This document shows, in pieces, positions 9,031 to 18,481 of a stretch of DNA of 64,000 nt (the stretch's first letter is position 1; each line of letters opens with the position of its first letter). The DNA comes from an archaeon GW2011_AR15 (GTDB lineage: Archaea; Nanobdellota; Nanobdellia; Woesearchaeales; GW2011-AR15). A model generated the notes under the pieces. That model saw nothing but the letters and a program-made list of their open reading frames with translations, was not told the DNA's origin and ran no database searches. The stretch lies in assembly GCA_000830295.1 (NCBI GenBank), contig CP010425.1, positions 768,001 to 832,000 on the forward strand, in the 5' to 3' direction. Position numbers and translations under genes: made by a program.

Positions 9031-9933
9031 CTATGAATCTGATTTGTTTTCAGGATTTCCTTCTTTGCTTTCTGCCTTTTCCAGAGCTTCTTTCGGAAGG
9101 CTTCCTGATAGAGACAGGTTTTCAGCATGGGCCTTTCTTAATATGTCTGCAGTTGTCTCATCTGTAAGTATATTAGCGGACAATGCAAGTGCCCTTGCTT
9201 CCCTGCCTGCCTTGCCAAGCAATAGTTTGACGGATTCCTCTGTCGGATATCCTGTAAATACTGCAAGGTTTAGTGATTCCATATATGCTTTCTGGATCTT
9301 ATTCTTGTATTCTGATTCATCGATATGCAGAACTTCTGCGGTGAATATCTCACTTTCTTCATATACTGCCCTTAAATCAAGTCCTATTTCCATAGGCTCT
9401 ATCCCAAGCCTGGTAAGTATTGATGCAAGGTCTCCATCTATCCTGCTTCCGCTCTTTGCAACAACAGCATCCTGTTTTATTACAAGCTTTCCTGCCTCTA
9501 CTCCGGTCTTGATACCGTATTTTGCAAGCTGGCTTATAATCGGGCCAGGCGCAAAGGAGGTAGGTCCTGCCTTTACAGTTATGTCCTTAGGAGCTTCCTG
9601 CCCTGCCTTTGCAGGAGCATTTGACTTTGTTTTCTCAAGCTCGGCATATAGTGTGAAAGGATTGTCTTTTGTGAAAATCAGTGCAGGAAGGCCCCTGAAG
9701 TGCTTTTGAAGCTCTGCTATGTCTTTTCTTTTGGCCTGGGCAAAGGCAAGTTTCATCAGCCTTTTCTTAGTCATCTTCAGGACAGTGTTCTTATCTCTCA
9801 GCTTTGCTCTCATCTGCTGGACTGTCTTTGTAGGCAGATTGCTCATATTCACAACCCCTATGACAGGGTATGAATCCAGGAGTTCAACGAATTCCTTTAC
9901 AGTGTCCTTCTTTGCCTCTGAGACGCTTGCCAT
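9031..9933 (-). CDS. rpl10: 50S ribosomal protein L10 (aP0)
   Basis: [22 protein letters not shown]; lies between L1 and L12. Confidence 0.96.
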   Translation of the reverse strand: MASVSEAKKDTVKEFVELLDSYPVIGVVNMSNLPTKTVQQMRAKLRDKNTVLKMTKKRLMKLAFAQAKRKDIAELQKHFRGLPALIFTKDNPFTLYAELEKTKSNAPAKAGQEAPKDITVKAGPTSFAPGPIISQLAKYGIKTGVEAGKLVIKQDAVVAKSGSRIDGDLASILTRLGIEPMEIGLDLRAVYEESEIFTAEVLHIDESEYKNKIQKAYMESLNLAVFTGYPTEESVKLLLGKAGREARALALSANILTDETTADILRKAHAENLSLSGSLPKEALEKAESKEGNPENKSDS

Positions 9934-9934
9934 T

Positions 9935-10585
9935 TTAGATTATCCTCACTGGCTTGCCCATTGTGTATTTTATGAAGCCGGACTTTATATTGTATTCAGC
10001 ATTTGGAAGATTATGCGAAAGGTTGTTGTATATCACTTTTATGTTCTCTATAAGGTCCTCGTCGCTTGATTCCTGGTTTCCGATTATGGTCTGTATTAAA
10101 GCTGCTTTCTTACCGGATATTTTCACAGTTTTCTGAAGTTTGTCATACAGGGTCTTCAGGTTTGCGTTCGGAGGCACAATGCAGCCTGCCTTTGGGTTTG
10201 GCATCTTTCCCTTTGGACCAAGCACCCTACCGAATGATGTAGCAACCTTTGGCATTATATTTGCCTGTGCAACAAAGAAATCATGCTCTCCTGCCAGCTT
10301 TTTTGCCAGTTTCTTGTTTTCTTCATAATTGGCAAACTGGTTCTGGAGCACAACAGCGTCCATTACTTTGCCTGCCTGGTCTGCCAGCTCAGGGCCTACA
10401 AGGGCGCATACCTTTGTTTTCCTTCCCTTGCCTTTTGGAAGCTCAAGGAAGAATTCAACCTGGTGCTCAGGCTTTTTCAGGTCAAGTCCCCTTAAATTGA
10501 TTATAAGGTCAACAGTCTGCTTAAAATTCTTCTTCTCAGACTTTCTAAGTTCAGATACAGCGTTCTTTAATGTTTTATCATCCAT
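9935..10585 (-). CDS. rpl1: 50S ribosomal protein L1
   Basis: FKQTVDLIINL, GRVLGPKGKMP, TMGKPV. Confidence 0.97.
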   Translation of the reverse strand: MDDKTLKNAVSELRKSEKKNFKQTVDLIINLRGLDLKKPEHQVEFFLELPKGKGRKTKVCALVGPELADQAGKVMDAVVLQNQFANYEENKKLAKKLAGEHDFFVAQANIMPKVATSFGRVLGPKGKMPNPKAGCIVPPNANLKTLYDKLQKTVKISGKKAALIQTIIGNQESSDEDLIENIKVIYNNLSHNLPNAEYNIKSGFIKYTMGKPVRII

Positions 10586-10592
10586 CTTCTCT

Positions 10593-10620
10593 ACCCTCCT
10601 ACCGAAGTAGTATCAGGGAT
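10593..10620 (-). promoter_or_regulatory. Putative L1-binding autoregulatory RNA overlapping the rpl1 SD
   Basis: AUCC-CUGAUA-CUAC-UUCG-GUAG-GA-GGGU: two helices, an asymmetric 6/2 internal loop and a UUCG tetraloop; contains SD GGAGGGU. Confidence 0.65.
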
Positions 10621-10706
10621 CTCTATACTCTTGGAAAAACCAGGCATTTATAAAGATTTCTAAAGGAAATTAATGAGAAATAGAAAAAATCCTTTATCCA
10701 ACCCAT

Positions 10707-11384
10707 CTATTTTTTATAACTCATAAATTCTATTCCCGGGTATCTTCTTGCCCACCCTCCTTCCCCGCTGCCTTCGCCAAGATCAAAAGAAAACTCCTCA
10801 GCATATTTCTGCAGATTTATTTCTTTTTCAAACCCGTTTTTCATCGCAAAATAAGTGCATAGCTTAAACTCCGGGCTTTTTGGGTTAAGCATGTCCTCTT
10901 CCAGGTATATTACTTTCATCATCTTTTTTTCTGACTTCAGAGTGAGGCTATTATCACCACTGCCTGTTTCAAACGTGGCAGCTACTTTTGAGGCGCTTTT
11001 CTGCAGATTTACAAATCTGTTCATTCTCTCTATAAGCTTGCTCACTTCACTGACTGTTGTTATGAGATAGATCTCAAGCCTGCACTGGATGCCATCCACA
11101 ATAAATTCCAGTATTATGTCCCTGTATTTTCTGTTCCAGTCATTGATGAAAATCCTGAATTTTTTTATGTCGTTGTCCAGCCTTCTTCCTTTTCCTTTCC
11201 CGTAGATATAATCAAGCCTTCTGAGTATATTGAAAGAAAGAAAAAAGTCATACACAAATGTCTTTATATCTTCATGCGAATATGATTTCAGTATATCGTC
11301 CGTCTCTATTACAAACCAGTTCTCCAGATCTTCCCTTACAATATCTCTTTCTGGATTGAAAAACGGATCTTCGTTTTCACTCAT
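10707..11384 (-). CDS. Hypothetical protein
   Basis: 225-aa ORF with no motif recognised. Confidence 0.7.
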   Translation of the reverse strand: MSENEDPFFNPERDIVREDLENWFVIETDDILKSYSHEDIKTFVYDFFLSFNILRRLDYIYGKGKGRRLDNDIKKFRIFINDWNRKYRDIILEFIVDGIQCRLEIYLITTVSEVSKLIERMNRFVNLQKSASKVAATFETGSGDNSLTLKSEKKMMKVIYLEEDMLNPKSPEFKLCTYFAMKNGFEKEINLQKYAEEFSFDLGEGSGEGGWARRYPGIEFMSYKK

Positions 11385-11449
11385 TTTTTTCGTATTTTTA
11401 CCTTAAAAACTATAAAGCAGCAAAGGCTAGAGAACTATTTAAACTTTTT

Positions 11450-11932
11450 CTATATATCCAGCTCGCAAACAAAAAAGTTTTCGCCTGTATTTTCCCAGTT
11501 TTTTGCAACAGACACCTCAGTGCCCCCATGTTTCTGGATAATCCTTCTTGAACTTGAATTGAAATGGCCAACCACTTTCCTGAATCCTCTCTCTTTTACT
11601 GCTTTTATGAATTCCTCAAGCAATGCAGAGCCATAGCCCTTTCCCTGATAGGGTTTGTCTATTACAATATTGAAGAGATAGATAAAATCGTTTGTCTTGT
11701 TCTTAAGCCCGTGCCAGCCAAGATCATTTTTTGGCGGCCTATATCCTGCAGCCAGGCCTATGTAGACAGAATCAAGGAGAGCTACTTTGAAGATGTATGT
11801 CCTTGATTTCAGTATGTGTATGTACTCTTCTTTTGGAGTCCTTATCTCTTCCTTGAATTCAAGCTCAGAATTCAGGATGCTTTGCTCGTATTTTGCCCAG
11901 TTTTTCAGGGTAATATCAACAAATGTCAGCAT
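11450..11932 (-). CDS. GNAT family N-acetyltransferase
   Basis: Motif A IVIDKPYQGKGYGSALL. Confidence 0.88.
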   Translation of the reverse strand: MLTFVDITLKNWAKYEQSILNSELEFKEEIRTPKEEYIHILKSRTYIFKVALLDSVYIGLAAGYRPPKNDLGWHGLKNKTNDFIYLFNIVIDKPYQGKGYGSALLEEFIKAVKERGFRKVVGHFNSSSRRIIQKHGGTEVSVAKNWENTGENFFVCELDI

Positions 11933-11939
11933 ATAAGAA

Positions 11940-13268
11940 TTAAACCTCTCTCAGGTATCCCCATGAGTGGAGCTTATCAGAGTCTTCATACCACCTATCG
12001 CCTATATCTGTTCTGTAATACATGTGCGGGATATTGATGTTTTTTATCCTGGTGTATGCCTGGTTCTGGGCCTGCTTCATTGTGCTGCCTGTGCCGCAGA
12101 CAATGAGCACGACTCCTGAAGTTCCGGTGACAAGCCATTCGTCATTAACAAGTTTTACGTCTTCAATATGGACGCCTTCCGTGTGGCCGTTATTTGATTT
12201 CTTGAAATAGATGACTGAATCTTTTGACTTAACTTCAAATGTCTCGTCGTCTGTATACGGGAAAGGCGGGACTACAATCCTCACGCCAATCTGGAATCCG
12301 GACTTAACTTTTATCTTGTCAGCAACTCCGTTTGCCAGATTATAAAAGAAGTCGCTTATTGGCTCCAGCATCCCCTCCTGCTGGATGGAGATTGTAGGAT
12401 AGCCGAATCTCGTTGTCCATTCAAGGGGATATATTCCGTGGCTGTTGACTATACAGTTCAGGTCGATGTATCCGACATATCCCTCTTCAGCAAGCTTTGT
12501 CTCAAATTTTTTTAGTGTTGCATTAAACAACCTGTTTGGGCCTGACCAAAACATTGCTGTTCCCATTTCACCGGTGCTCGGCCCCAGATTCCCAGGAAAT
12601 AGTTTTTTATGCTCAAAATTTACATTGATAGGATAAATAAATTCCTTGCCGTTGAAAAATGCGCCGACAGCAACTTCAACGCCTGACAGCCTTTTCTGGA
12701 GCTGGAACTGGAGTATTTTTTCTGACCATGCCTTGCTGTAATCGCTCAATACCTGTATTACATCCCTTCCGTCATCTTCCTCACCTATGAACAGAAGACC
12801 TTTTATGTTAGCTGCCTGCCCGCTGGGCTTTATTACATATTTCCCGGGGTTTTGCTTTACGAATTCAATTGCATCTTCAAAATTTGTGAAATCCCTGTAC
12901 GGCGCTATTGTGATGCCTGCTTTTTTCAGTTCTTCCTGGCCAAATGCCCTATCATCCTCAAGCCTGTCTGTATAGGGGCTGCCGCCAATGACTTTTTTCC
13001 CTTTTTCCCTGAGTTTCTGGGCTTTTTCACCCTGGCCGAGAACGTCGTCAAAAATAATTACGTCGGCCCACTCAACTTCTTTCTCCCAGTCATCTACTTT
13101 CGGGATGAATCCGTCGCCGACTTCCTTTTCCTCTTCTTCCTCAGTATAGAATTTGACTTCATGGCCCTCTTTAATGCACTGCCATGCTATATCTGTAATT
13201 AATGCGTCTATCGTTACAAAAAGAAATTTTTTCTTCTCCATATATTTTCTATTATTTTCAGATAACAT
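11940..13268 (-). CDS. PurD-like ATP-grasp ligase (atypical phosphoribosylamine-glycine ligase family)
   Basis: YVIKPSG, EHKKLFPGNLGPSTGEMG, EWTTRFGYP, YRTDIG resemble PurD motifs with substitutions. Confidence 0.8.
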   Translation of the reverse strand: MLSENNRKYMEKKKFLFVTIDALITDIAWQCIKEGHEVKFYTEEEEEKEVGDGFIPKVDDWEKEVEWADVIIFDDVLGQGEKAQKLREKGKKVIGGSPYTDRLEDDRAFGQEELKKAGITIAPYRDFTNFEDAIEFVKQNPGKYVIKPSGQAANIKGLLFIGEEDDGRDVIQVLSDYSKAWSEKILQFQLQKRLSGVEVAVGAFFNGKEFIYPINVNFEHKKLFPGNLGPSTGEMGTAMFWSGPNRLFNATLKKFETKLAEEGYVGYIDLNCIVNSHGIYPLEWTTRFGYPTISIQQEGMLEPISDFFYNLANGVADKIKVKSGFQIGVRIVVPPFPYTDDETFEVKSKDSVIYFKKSNNGHTEGVHIEDVKLVNDEWLVTGTSGVVLIVCGTGSTMKQAQNQAYTRIKNINIPHMYYRTDIGDRWYEDSDKLHSWGYLREV

Positions 13269-13303
13269 AATATATTTAAATAACTTTTCATCTGTGATTT
13301 CAA

Positions 13304-13876
13304 ATGATTAAATGGCTGCTGAAAAAAATTGCGGGAAAAATTCTTGCAAGTGTTGTAATTTTTGCAGTGGTTGCAGGGGCACTATTCTTTCTCGGAAATA
13401 ATCTCAGCCAGGCATCTCTCGACAGGCTTGATCTCCGTGACATAAAAGAGATTTCAACAGACTCATTTACGGTTGAGGGAGACTTTTTTGTGAATAACCC
13501 GAGCAAATTATCAATTCCTGTAAAATCCATAGACTATGAAATAATACTTAAAGAGACAGAAGAAGTCCTTTCTTCAGGCAGCATACCTTCTTTTATCCTT
13601 GAAGTTGGAGAATCACAGATCCCTTTTGAGCAGAAAGTCAGGTGGGTTCCTACAGCAGAGCTTGCCCTCCAGCTGGCTACAGAAGAGCATGTTTATGCTG
13701 TTGTTGAAGGGAAGATAATAATTGATCTGCCAAAACTTGAATCATATGAGCTGCCTTTCAGCGAAGAGGTTGATATTAAGGATTATGTAAAGCAGTTTGT
13801 GACTGATAAGCTGCCAGTCGGCCCAGATATTCCGGGAGCAGGCAACGGGACTATTTTACCTGTTCCTGTTGTTTAG
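13304..13876 (+). CDS. LEA type 2/WHy-like membrane-anchored protein
   Basis: N-terminal TM; VNNPSKLSIPVKSIDYEI signature. Confidence 0.7.
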   Translation: MIKWLLKKIAGKILASVVIFAVVAGALFFLGNNLSQASLDRLDLRDIKEISTDSFTVEGDFFVNNPSKLSIPVKSIDYEIILKETEEVLSSGSIPSFILEVGESQIPFEQKVRWVPTAELALQLATEEHVYAVVEGKIIIDLPKLESYELPFSEEVDIKDYVKQFVTDKLPVGPDIPGAGNGTILPVPVV

Positions 13877-14324
13877 GTCCTGATTTTGTTTTGAGATAAA
13901 GAATAACAAGAAATTTTACAAGAATATAACTTAATATTGAAAGCGGTATTGCAACAACAATGCCCCCTGCAAAAAAGTTTCTGATAAACTCGTATGCATA
14001 ATTAAGCAGCATGGCTTCAAACTCGATTATGGGCGAATTCCCAAAAAGGAAATTGCCTACAGCATAATTCATAGCATATATCGGGATTAAAGTCAGCGGA
14101 TTCCATAAAAGCAGTGCCGCAAAAAGCGAATACTTGTTAATCTGCTTGAAGAATATTATGAGGGCTATCGCTATCCAGAAATTGATAAACGGTGCAACAA
14201 CACTCAGAAAAGTGCCTATGGCAAATCCAAGAGCAATTGAATGTGGCTTTATTTCTGCTTTTTTCAGCTCATTTATGTGATTATCAATATGCTTTTTAAC
14301 GTGTTTTCTGACTTTGCCTATCAT
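13851..14324 (-). CDS. DUF2062-family membrane protein
   Basis: PHSIALGFAIGTF, WNPLTLIPIY...VG. Confidence 0.8.
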   Translation of the reverse strand: MIGKVRKHVKKHIDNHINELKKAEIKPHSIALGFAIGTFLSVVAPFINFWIAIALIIFFKQINKYSLFAALLLWNPLTLIPIYAMNYAVGNFLFGNSPIIEFEAMLLNYAYEFIRNFFAGGIVVAIPLSILSYILVKFLVILYLKTKSGPKQQEQVK

Positions 14325-14364
14325 TATTATAAGAACAGGGGAGTTGCTTAAATAGTTTTATGAA

Positions 14365-14502
14365 TCAATCTTCTTCTATTTCAATATCTCCCATTGTGCA
14401 TCTCTGGCAGAGGTAATCAGATTTAGAGTCAGACTCCTCCAGCACAACAACACTGAATTCCCTGTCGCATCCAATGCATTTAACCTTTTTTTCAACGTAG
14501 AT
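14365..14502 (-). CDS. Small zinc-ribbon protein (45 aa), probable ATC start
   Basis: (I)YVEKKVKCIGCDREF..x..YLCQRCTMGDIEIEED*; SD AGGGTGG 5 nt upstream of ATC; in-frame TAA immediately before it. Confidence 0.6.
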   Translation of the reverse strand: MYVEKKVKCIGCDREFSVVVLEESDSKSDYLCQRCTMGDIEIEED

Positions 14503-14519
14503 TTAAACCACCCTTATAG

Positions 14520-14543
14520 AAAAACCAGGGAGGCTCTCCCTGG
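14520..14543 (-). terminator. Hairpin plus T-tract terminator-like element
   Basis: Perfect 8-bp stem CCAGGGAG/CTCCCTGG followed by T5 on the minus strand, just after the acidic peptide stop. Confidence 0.55.
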
Positions 14544-14551
14544 ATAAAAAT

Positions 14552-14647
14552 CTACCATTCATCATCGTCGTTATCATTATCATCATCGTCGTCATCATCA
14601 TAATCGTCATCATCGTCATAATCATCGTCTTCATACCCCATATGCAT
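14552..14647 (-). CDS. Extremely acidic micropeptide (29-31 aa)
   Basis: MHMGYEDDDYDDDDDYDDDDDDDNDNDDDEW*; SD GGAGGT at 14651-14656; TATA-like TTTAAAT upstream. Confidence 0.7.
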   Translation of the reverse strand: MHMGYEDDDYDDDDDYDDDDDDDNDNDDDEW

Positions 14648-14741
14648 TCGACCTCCGTTATTTTTGCTGTTTGGTTGTATAGTGCATTTAAAAATCTTTC
14701 GTAGCAAGACCCAGAGTATCTCCTATCCCATCTTTTGACCA

Positions 14742-14867
14742 CTAGCTCCTCGCAACACTTTTTTTGCATTTTTTACAGTAGAAAATATGGTATATATCCC
14801 CGCCTATTTCCCTCGTGGATTTTTCCTCCATTTCTGAGTTGCACGTGCTGCATTTTTTGTCCGGCAT
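14742..14867 (-). CDS. Small zinc-ribbon protein (41 aa)
   Basis: MPDKKCSTCNSEMEEK...YHIFYCKKCKKSVARS*; two CxxC pairs. Confidence 0.7.
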   Translation of the reverse strand: MPDKKCSTCNSEMEEKSTREIGGDIYHIFYCKKCKKSVARS

Positions 14868-14967
14868 ATAAACATGGAATTAAGCTGACTAAGTATAAAA
14901 AGATTGCTACTCTCTATCTTGGATAGATTTAAATTGTTAATCAAATTTAATTATTGGAGCCGGAACT

Positions 14968-16140
14968 ATGAAAGCAGATGATTTTCTTGGGAAAGAAGTA
15001 GAGAGATTGAAGAAAGAGAGCCTGAACTGGAAACTGAGGGAGTTACAGTCCGCATCAAGGCCGCATGCAAAAGTTGATGGCAGGGATGTGCTTATGATGT
15101 GCACAAATAATTACCTTGGACTTTCTACACACCCAAAACTGATTAAGGCAATGACAGATGCAACAAAAGAATGGGGCGTGGGCGCAGGGGCAGTTCCTGT
15201 CTTATCAGGAAATACTACCCTGCAGAGAAAGTTTGAGAAAAAATTTGCAAAATTCAAGGGTGCTGAAGCTGCTCTGCTGTGCCAGACAGGTTTTGCAGTG
15301 AATTCAGGGTTAATTCCGCAGCTTGTAGGAGAGGGAGATATTGCCATTTCTGACCAGCTGAACCACGGGAGCATAATAGACGGCGTAAGGCTGTCAAAGG
15401 CAGACAAGGCTGTCTACAGGCATAAGGATGTCAATGAGCTTGAAACAGTTCTTAAAAACTCGAAAGAGCACAAGACAAAGCTCATCATAACAGATGGCGT
15501 TTTCTCAATGGACGGAGATATTGCGCCTCTGAAGGAAATAGTTGAGGTTGCTGAAAAGTATGATGCATTGGTATATGTTGATGATTGCCACGGAGAAGGT
15601 GTTCTTGGTCAGGGGAAGGGGATTGTGAGTCATTTTAACCTGCACGGCAGGGTCCATGTTGAGGGAGGTTCCCTGGGAAAAGCTTTCGGAGTCATCGGGG
15701 GGACAATTGCAGGCTCAAAAGAGCTTGTGGAATTTGCATACAATAAATCAAGGACATGGCTGCTGAGCACAGCCCACCCTCCCGGGGTTATAGCAGCGTG
15801 CATTGCAGCTATTGATGTTATTGAAACAGAGCCGCAGCATGTTGAAAATTTGTGGAAGAACACAGAGTATTTCAAGAAGCAGCTTGACGGGATGGGATTT
15901 AATACAGGGGAGAGTGAAACTCCTATAATCCCGATAATAACCGGAGACCCTAAATCAGCGCAGGAATTCGGGAAAAGGCTTATGGATGAGAATATCTTTG
16001 TAACCCCTATTGTATATCCGATGGTCGCAAAAGAGCTCTCAAGGCTGAGGACTCAGATGTCTGCTTTAATGACTAAAGAAGATCTGGACAGGGCGCTTGA
16101 GGCTATTGGAAGAATAGGAAAAGAGCTTAAAATTGTTTGA
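14968..16140 (+). CDS. PLP-dependent alpha-oxoamine synthase (glycine C-acetyltransferase Kbl/BioF family)
   Basis: NNYLGL, SDQLNHGSIIDG, DGVFSMDGD, DDCHG, SLGKAFG (PLP Lys). Confidence 0.92.
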   Translation: MKADDFLGKEVERLKKESLNWKLRELQSASRPHAKVDGRDVLMMCTNNYLGLSTHPKLIKAMTDATKEWGVGAGAVPVLSGNTTLQRKFEKKFAKFKGAEAALLCQTGFAVNSGLIPQLVGEGDIAISDQLNHGSIIDGVRLSKADKAVYRHKDVNELETVLKNSKEHKTKLIITDGVFSMDGDIAPLKEIVEVAEKYDALVYVDDCHGEGVLGQGKGIVSHFNLHGRVHVEGGSLGKAFGVIGGTIAGSKELVEFAYNKSRTWLLSTAHPPGVIAACIAAIDVIETEPQHVENLWKNTEYFKKQLDGMGFNTGESETPIIPIITGDPKSAQEFGKRLMDENIFVTPIVYPMVAKELSRLRTQMSALMTKEDLDRALEAIGRIGKELKIV

Positions 16141-16188
16141 TTTCAGATTATATCATATAGGTTTAAATATAAATTTCTGCCACTTTCT

Positions 16189-17277
16189 TTGATGGGATTC
16201 AGAACAACACTGGCAACTCTTGTTGCACTAGTTACTTTAGGAGCTACTGCGTGCGGAGCAACTCCACAAACTTCACCAACAATAGATAATCTAGTTACAA
16301 ATACACCAACAGTTTCTGCTACATACACGCCAACTGCTGTTCCTACAGCCACGCCCGAGCCTGTTTATCAGGAAGTACAGGGTGTCAGAGTGCCTACGAA
16401 CATATATTTAGAAGGAGATTCTTGTATTCCAATGGAATTACAAGGTCAAGAGAAGTGTGTCAATATGTTTGTATATGGGACCTCTCCTGTAGTTCCAGAT
16501 AACTGGGAAGGTATTGTTAATGTCATTGGTGATATTGAAATAAGAAATTTAACAATAGAACCTGGAACAGAAGTTTATGTGACTGCGCATAACGATATAA
16601 ATAATTTGTTTACATACCCAGGAAATATGTTGCAAGGAATTAATGAAACACATGAAAACATTGAGGGAGTTCATTATGGTGAATATTTTTATGATGAAGG
16701 GAATCACATCACTATTAATGTTACAGGTGAATTATATGCTGTAGGTACTGAAGAAGAGCCAATACTGATAACATCAGATGCTGCTGAGCCAACGAGGTGG
16801 GATTGGAATGAATTGATATTTAGAAGTGGTATTATGGAATATAATATAGTAGAATATAGCAGACCAGTGCATATGGGTGGAGAACATGATGCAGGAGTAC
16901 CGCCCGAGACAATAATAAAAAATTCTATTATAAGACATACAGGAGGCGCAGGACTTTTTGTGCTGTATACAAATATAGTGATAGATGGGATTCAAATATA
17001 TGATCCCGCACATGAAGGGATAGGGGGCTTAGGTGTTAGTGATGGAGTAGATTACCAAATTATAAGGAATAGTACAATTGGACCTATCTTGGGATATATA
17101 TGCATAGGTGGAGACGGGAAAGGCACACCACCAGAAATATATGATAATATTATACAAGGTTGTGAACATGGTATCTATTTTCTTCCTCAACCAGAACAAG
17201 AGTTTCCAGTAGAAGATTATCTTAATAATAATGAATTTATTAATGTAAGAGTTAAATTTAGCGATACAGGTGATTAA
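16189..17277 (+). CDS. Lipoprotein-like secreted protein with a Thr/Pro linker and right-handed beta-helix repeats
   Basis: Lipobox-like LGATAC, TPTVSATYTPTAVPTATPEP, LTIEPGT..GELYAVGTEEEPILITS, I.NS.I repeats. Confidence 0.75.
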   Translation: MMGFRTTLATLVALVTLGATACGATPQTSPTIDNLVTNTPTVSATYTPTAVPTATPEPVYQEVQGVRVPTNIYLEGDSCIPMELQGQEKCVNMFVYGTSPVVPDNWEGIVNVIGDIEIRNLTIEPGTEVYVTAHNDINNLFTYPGNMLQGINETHENIEGVHYGEYFYDEGNHITINVTGELYAVGTEEEPILITSDAAEPTRWDWNELIFRSGIMEYNIVEYSRPVHMGGEHDAGVPPETIIKNSIIRHTGGAGLFVLYTNIVIDGIQIYDPAHEGIGGLGVSDGVDYQIIRNSTIGPILGYICIGGDGKGTPPEIYDNIIQGCEHGIYFLPQPEQEFPVEDYLNNNEFINVRVKFSDTGD

Positions 17278-17545
17278 AATCCTGTTTACCTTTTTTTATT
17301 CAATTAAGGAATATAAATATACAAGAAAAAATACTATCCTCTTCTAATTCTTTCTAATTATTAGAAAACATTTAAAACTGGGAGATACTCTAATAGGATT
17401 AATGTTTTACAAAGAAGAAGATAAAAAATATTACATTTTTTTATTAATTACTCCAGGCATAAACTCATCTTTTTCATGATTAGTCCGACAAATTTATAAA
17501 GCAGGATTATCTTAAAATCTTAATTGCATTTTTGGAGGGAAATTT

Positions 17546-18481
17546 ATGATTGAAGTGAAACAAAAGCTGGATTCTGTTACTAAGGAATTAAAGAAAGTCA
17601 TTGTCGGCCAGGATGAGGTTATGAAGCATATCCTCGTGGCTATATTATGCGATGCAAACGCACTGCTTGAAAGCTATCCCGGATTGGGAAAAACTACTAT
17701 GGTTAAGACAATGGCAGATGTCATGGACCTTAAATTCTCCAGGATCCAGAGCACTCCTGACCTGATGCCTACAGATATTATCGGGACCTACGTGCTTGAG
17801 GAATCAGAGGGGAAGAGAGGATTTAATTTTCATAAAGGCCCGATTTTTGCTAATATAATACTTGCAGACGAAATCAACAGGGCGACTCCAAAAACACAAT
17901 CAGCATTGCTTGAAGCAATGCAGGAGAAGCAGGTCACTGCAGGAAAAAATACATTCCAGCTTGACAGGCCGTTTTTCGTGCTTGCAACACAGAATCCTAT
18001 AGAGCAGGAAGGGACCTATCCCCTGCCCGAAGCCCAAACTGACAGGTTCCTTTTGAAAATAAAAATAGGCTATCCTACTGAAGAAGAAGAGGATATGATT
18101 ATTGACAGGTTTACAGGAAAAACGCATGTTGAGAATGTAAAAAAAGTTTTTGACAAATCAGTAGTTGAAAAGTTCCAGCAGTATACACGGGAAGTTCCTA
18201 TTGCAAATGATCTGAAAAAAAGGGTGCTTAATATAGTCAGGCTCACGAGGGCTGAAAAGTCCATGATTGAATATGGCGCATCACCGAGGGCATCTCTTGG
18301 CCTGGTTATGGCAAGCAAGGCAAATGCGCTTCTTGAAGGAAGGAATTTTGTAAGCAAGAAGGATATTGATGAGATGGCATACCCTGTTCTGAGGCACAGG
18401 CTGATACTAAATTTTGAGGCTGAGAGAAGCGGCATGACAACCGATGATGCCATAAAGAAAATTCTTGATAAGGCAAAGTAA
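17546..18481 (+). CDS. moxR: MoxR-family AAA+ ATPase
   Basis: PGLGKT, LADEINRATPKTQSALLEAMQE, ATQNPIEQEGTYPLPEAQTDRF. Confidence 0.96.
   Translation: MIEVKQKLDSVTKELKKVIVGQDEVMKHILVAILCDANALLESYPGLGKTTMVKTMADVMDLKFSRIQSTPDLMPTDIIGTYVLEESEGKRGFNFHKGPIFANIILADEINRATPKTQSALLEAMQEKQVTAGKNTFQLDRPFFVLATQNPIEQEGTYPLPEAQTDRFLLKIKIGYPTEEEEDMIIDRFTGKTHVENVKKVFDKSVVEKFQQYTREVPIANDLKKRVLNIVRLTRAEKSMIEYGASPRASLGLVMASKANALLEGRNFVSKKDIDEMAYPVLRHRLILNFEAERSGMTTDDAIKKILDKAK

Noticed and set aside
14503-14769. 88-aa ORF with a Met/Thr-rich run; possible (ATC)n microsatellite
   Set aside because: It is another frame of the poly-Asp peptide; the SD, stop position and terminator fit the Asp frame.
14968-16140. 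Alpha-oxoamine synthase as supplier of an amine unit to the tailoring cluster
   Set aside because: It is 30 kb away and looks like an ordinary Kbl/BioF-family enzyme; nothing links it to the cluster.
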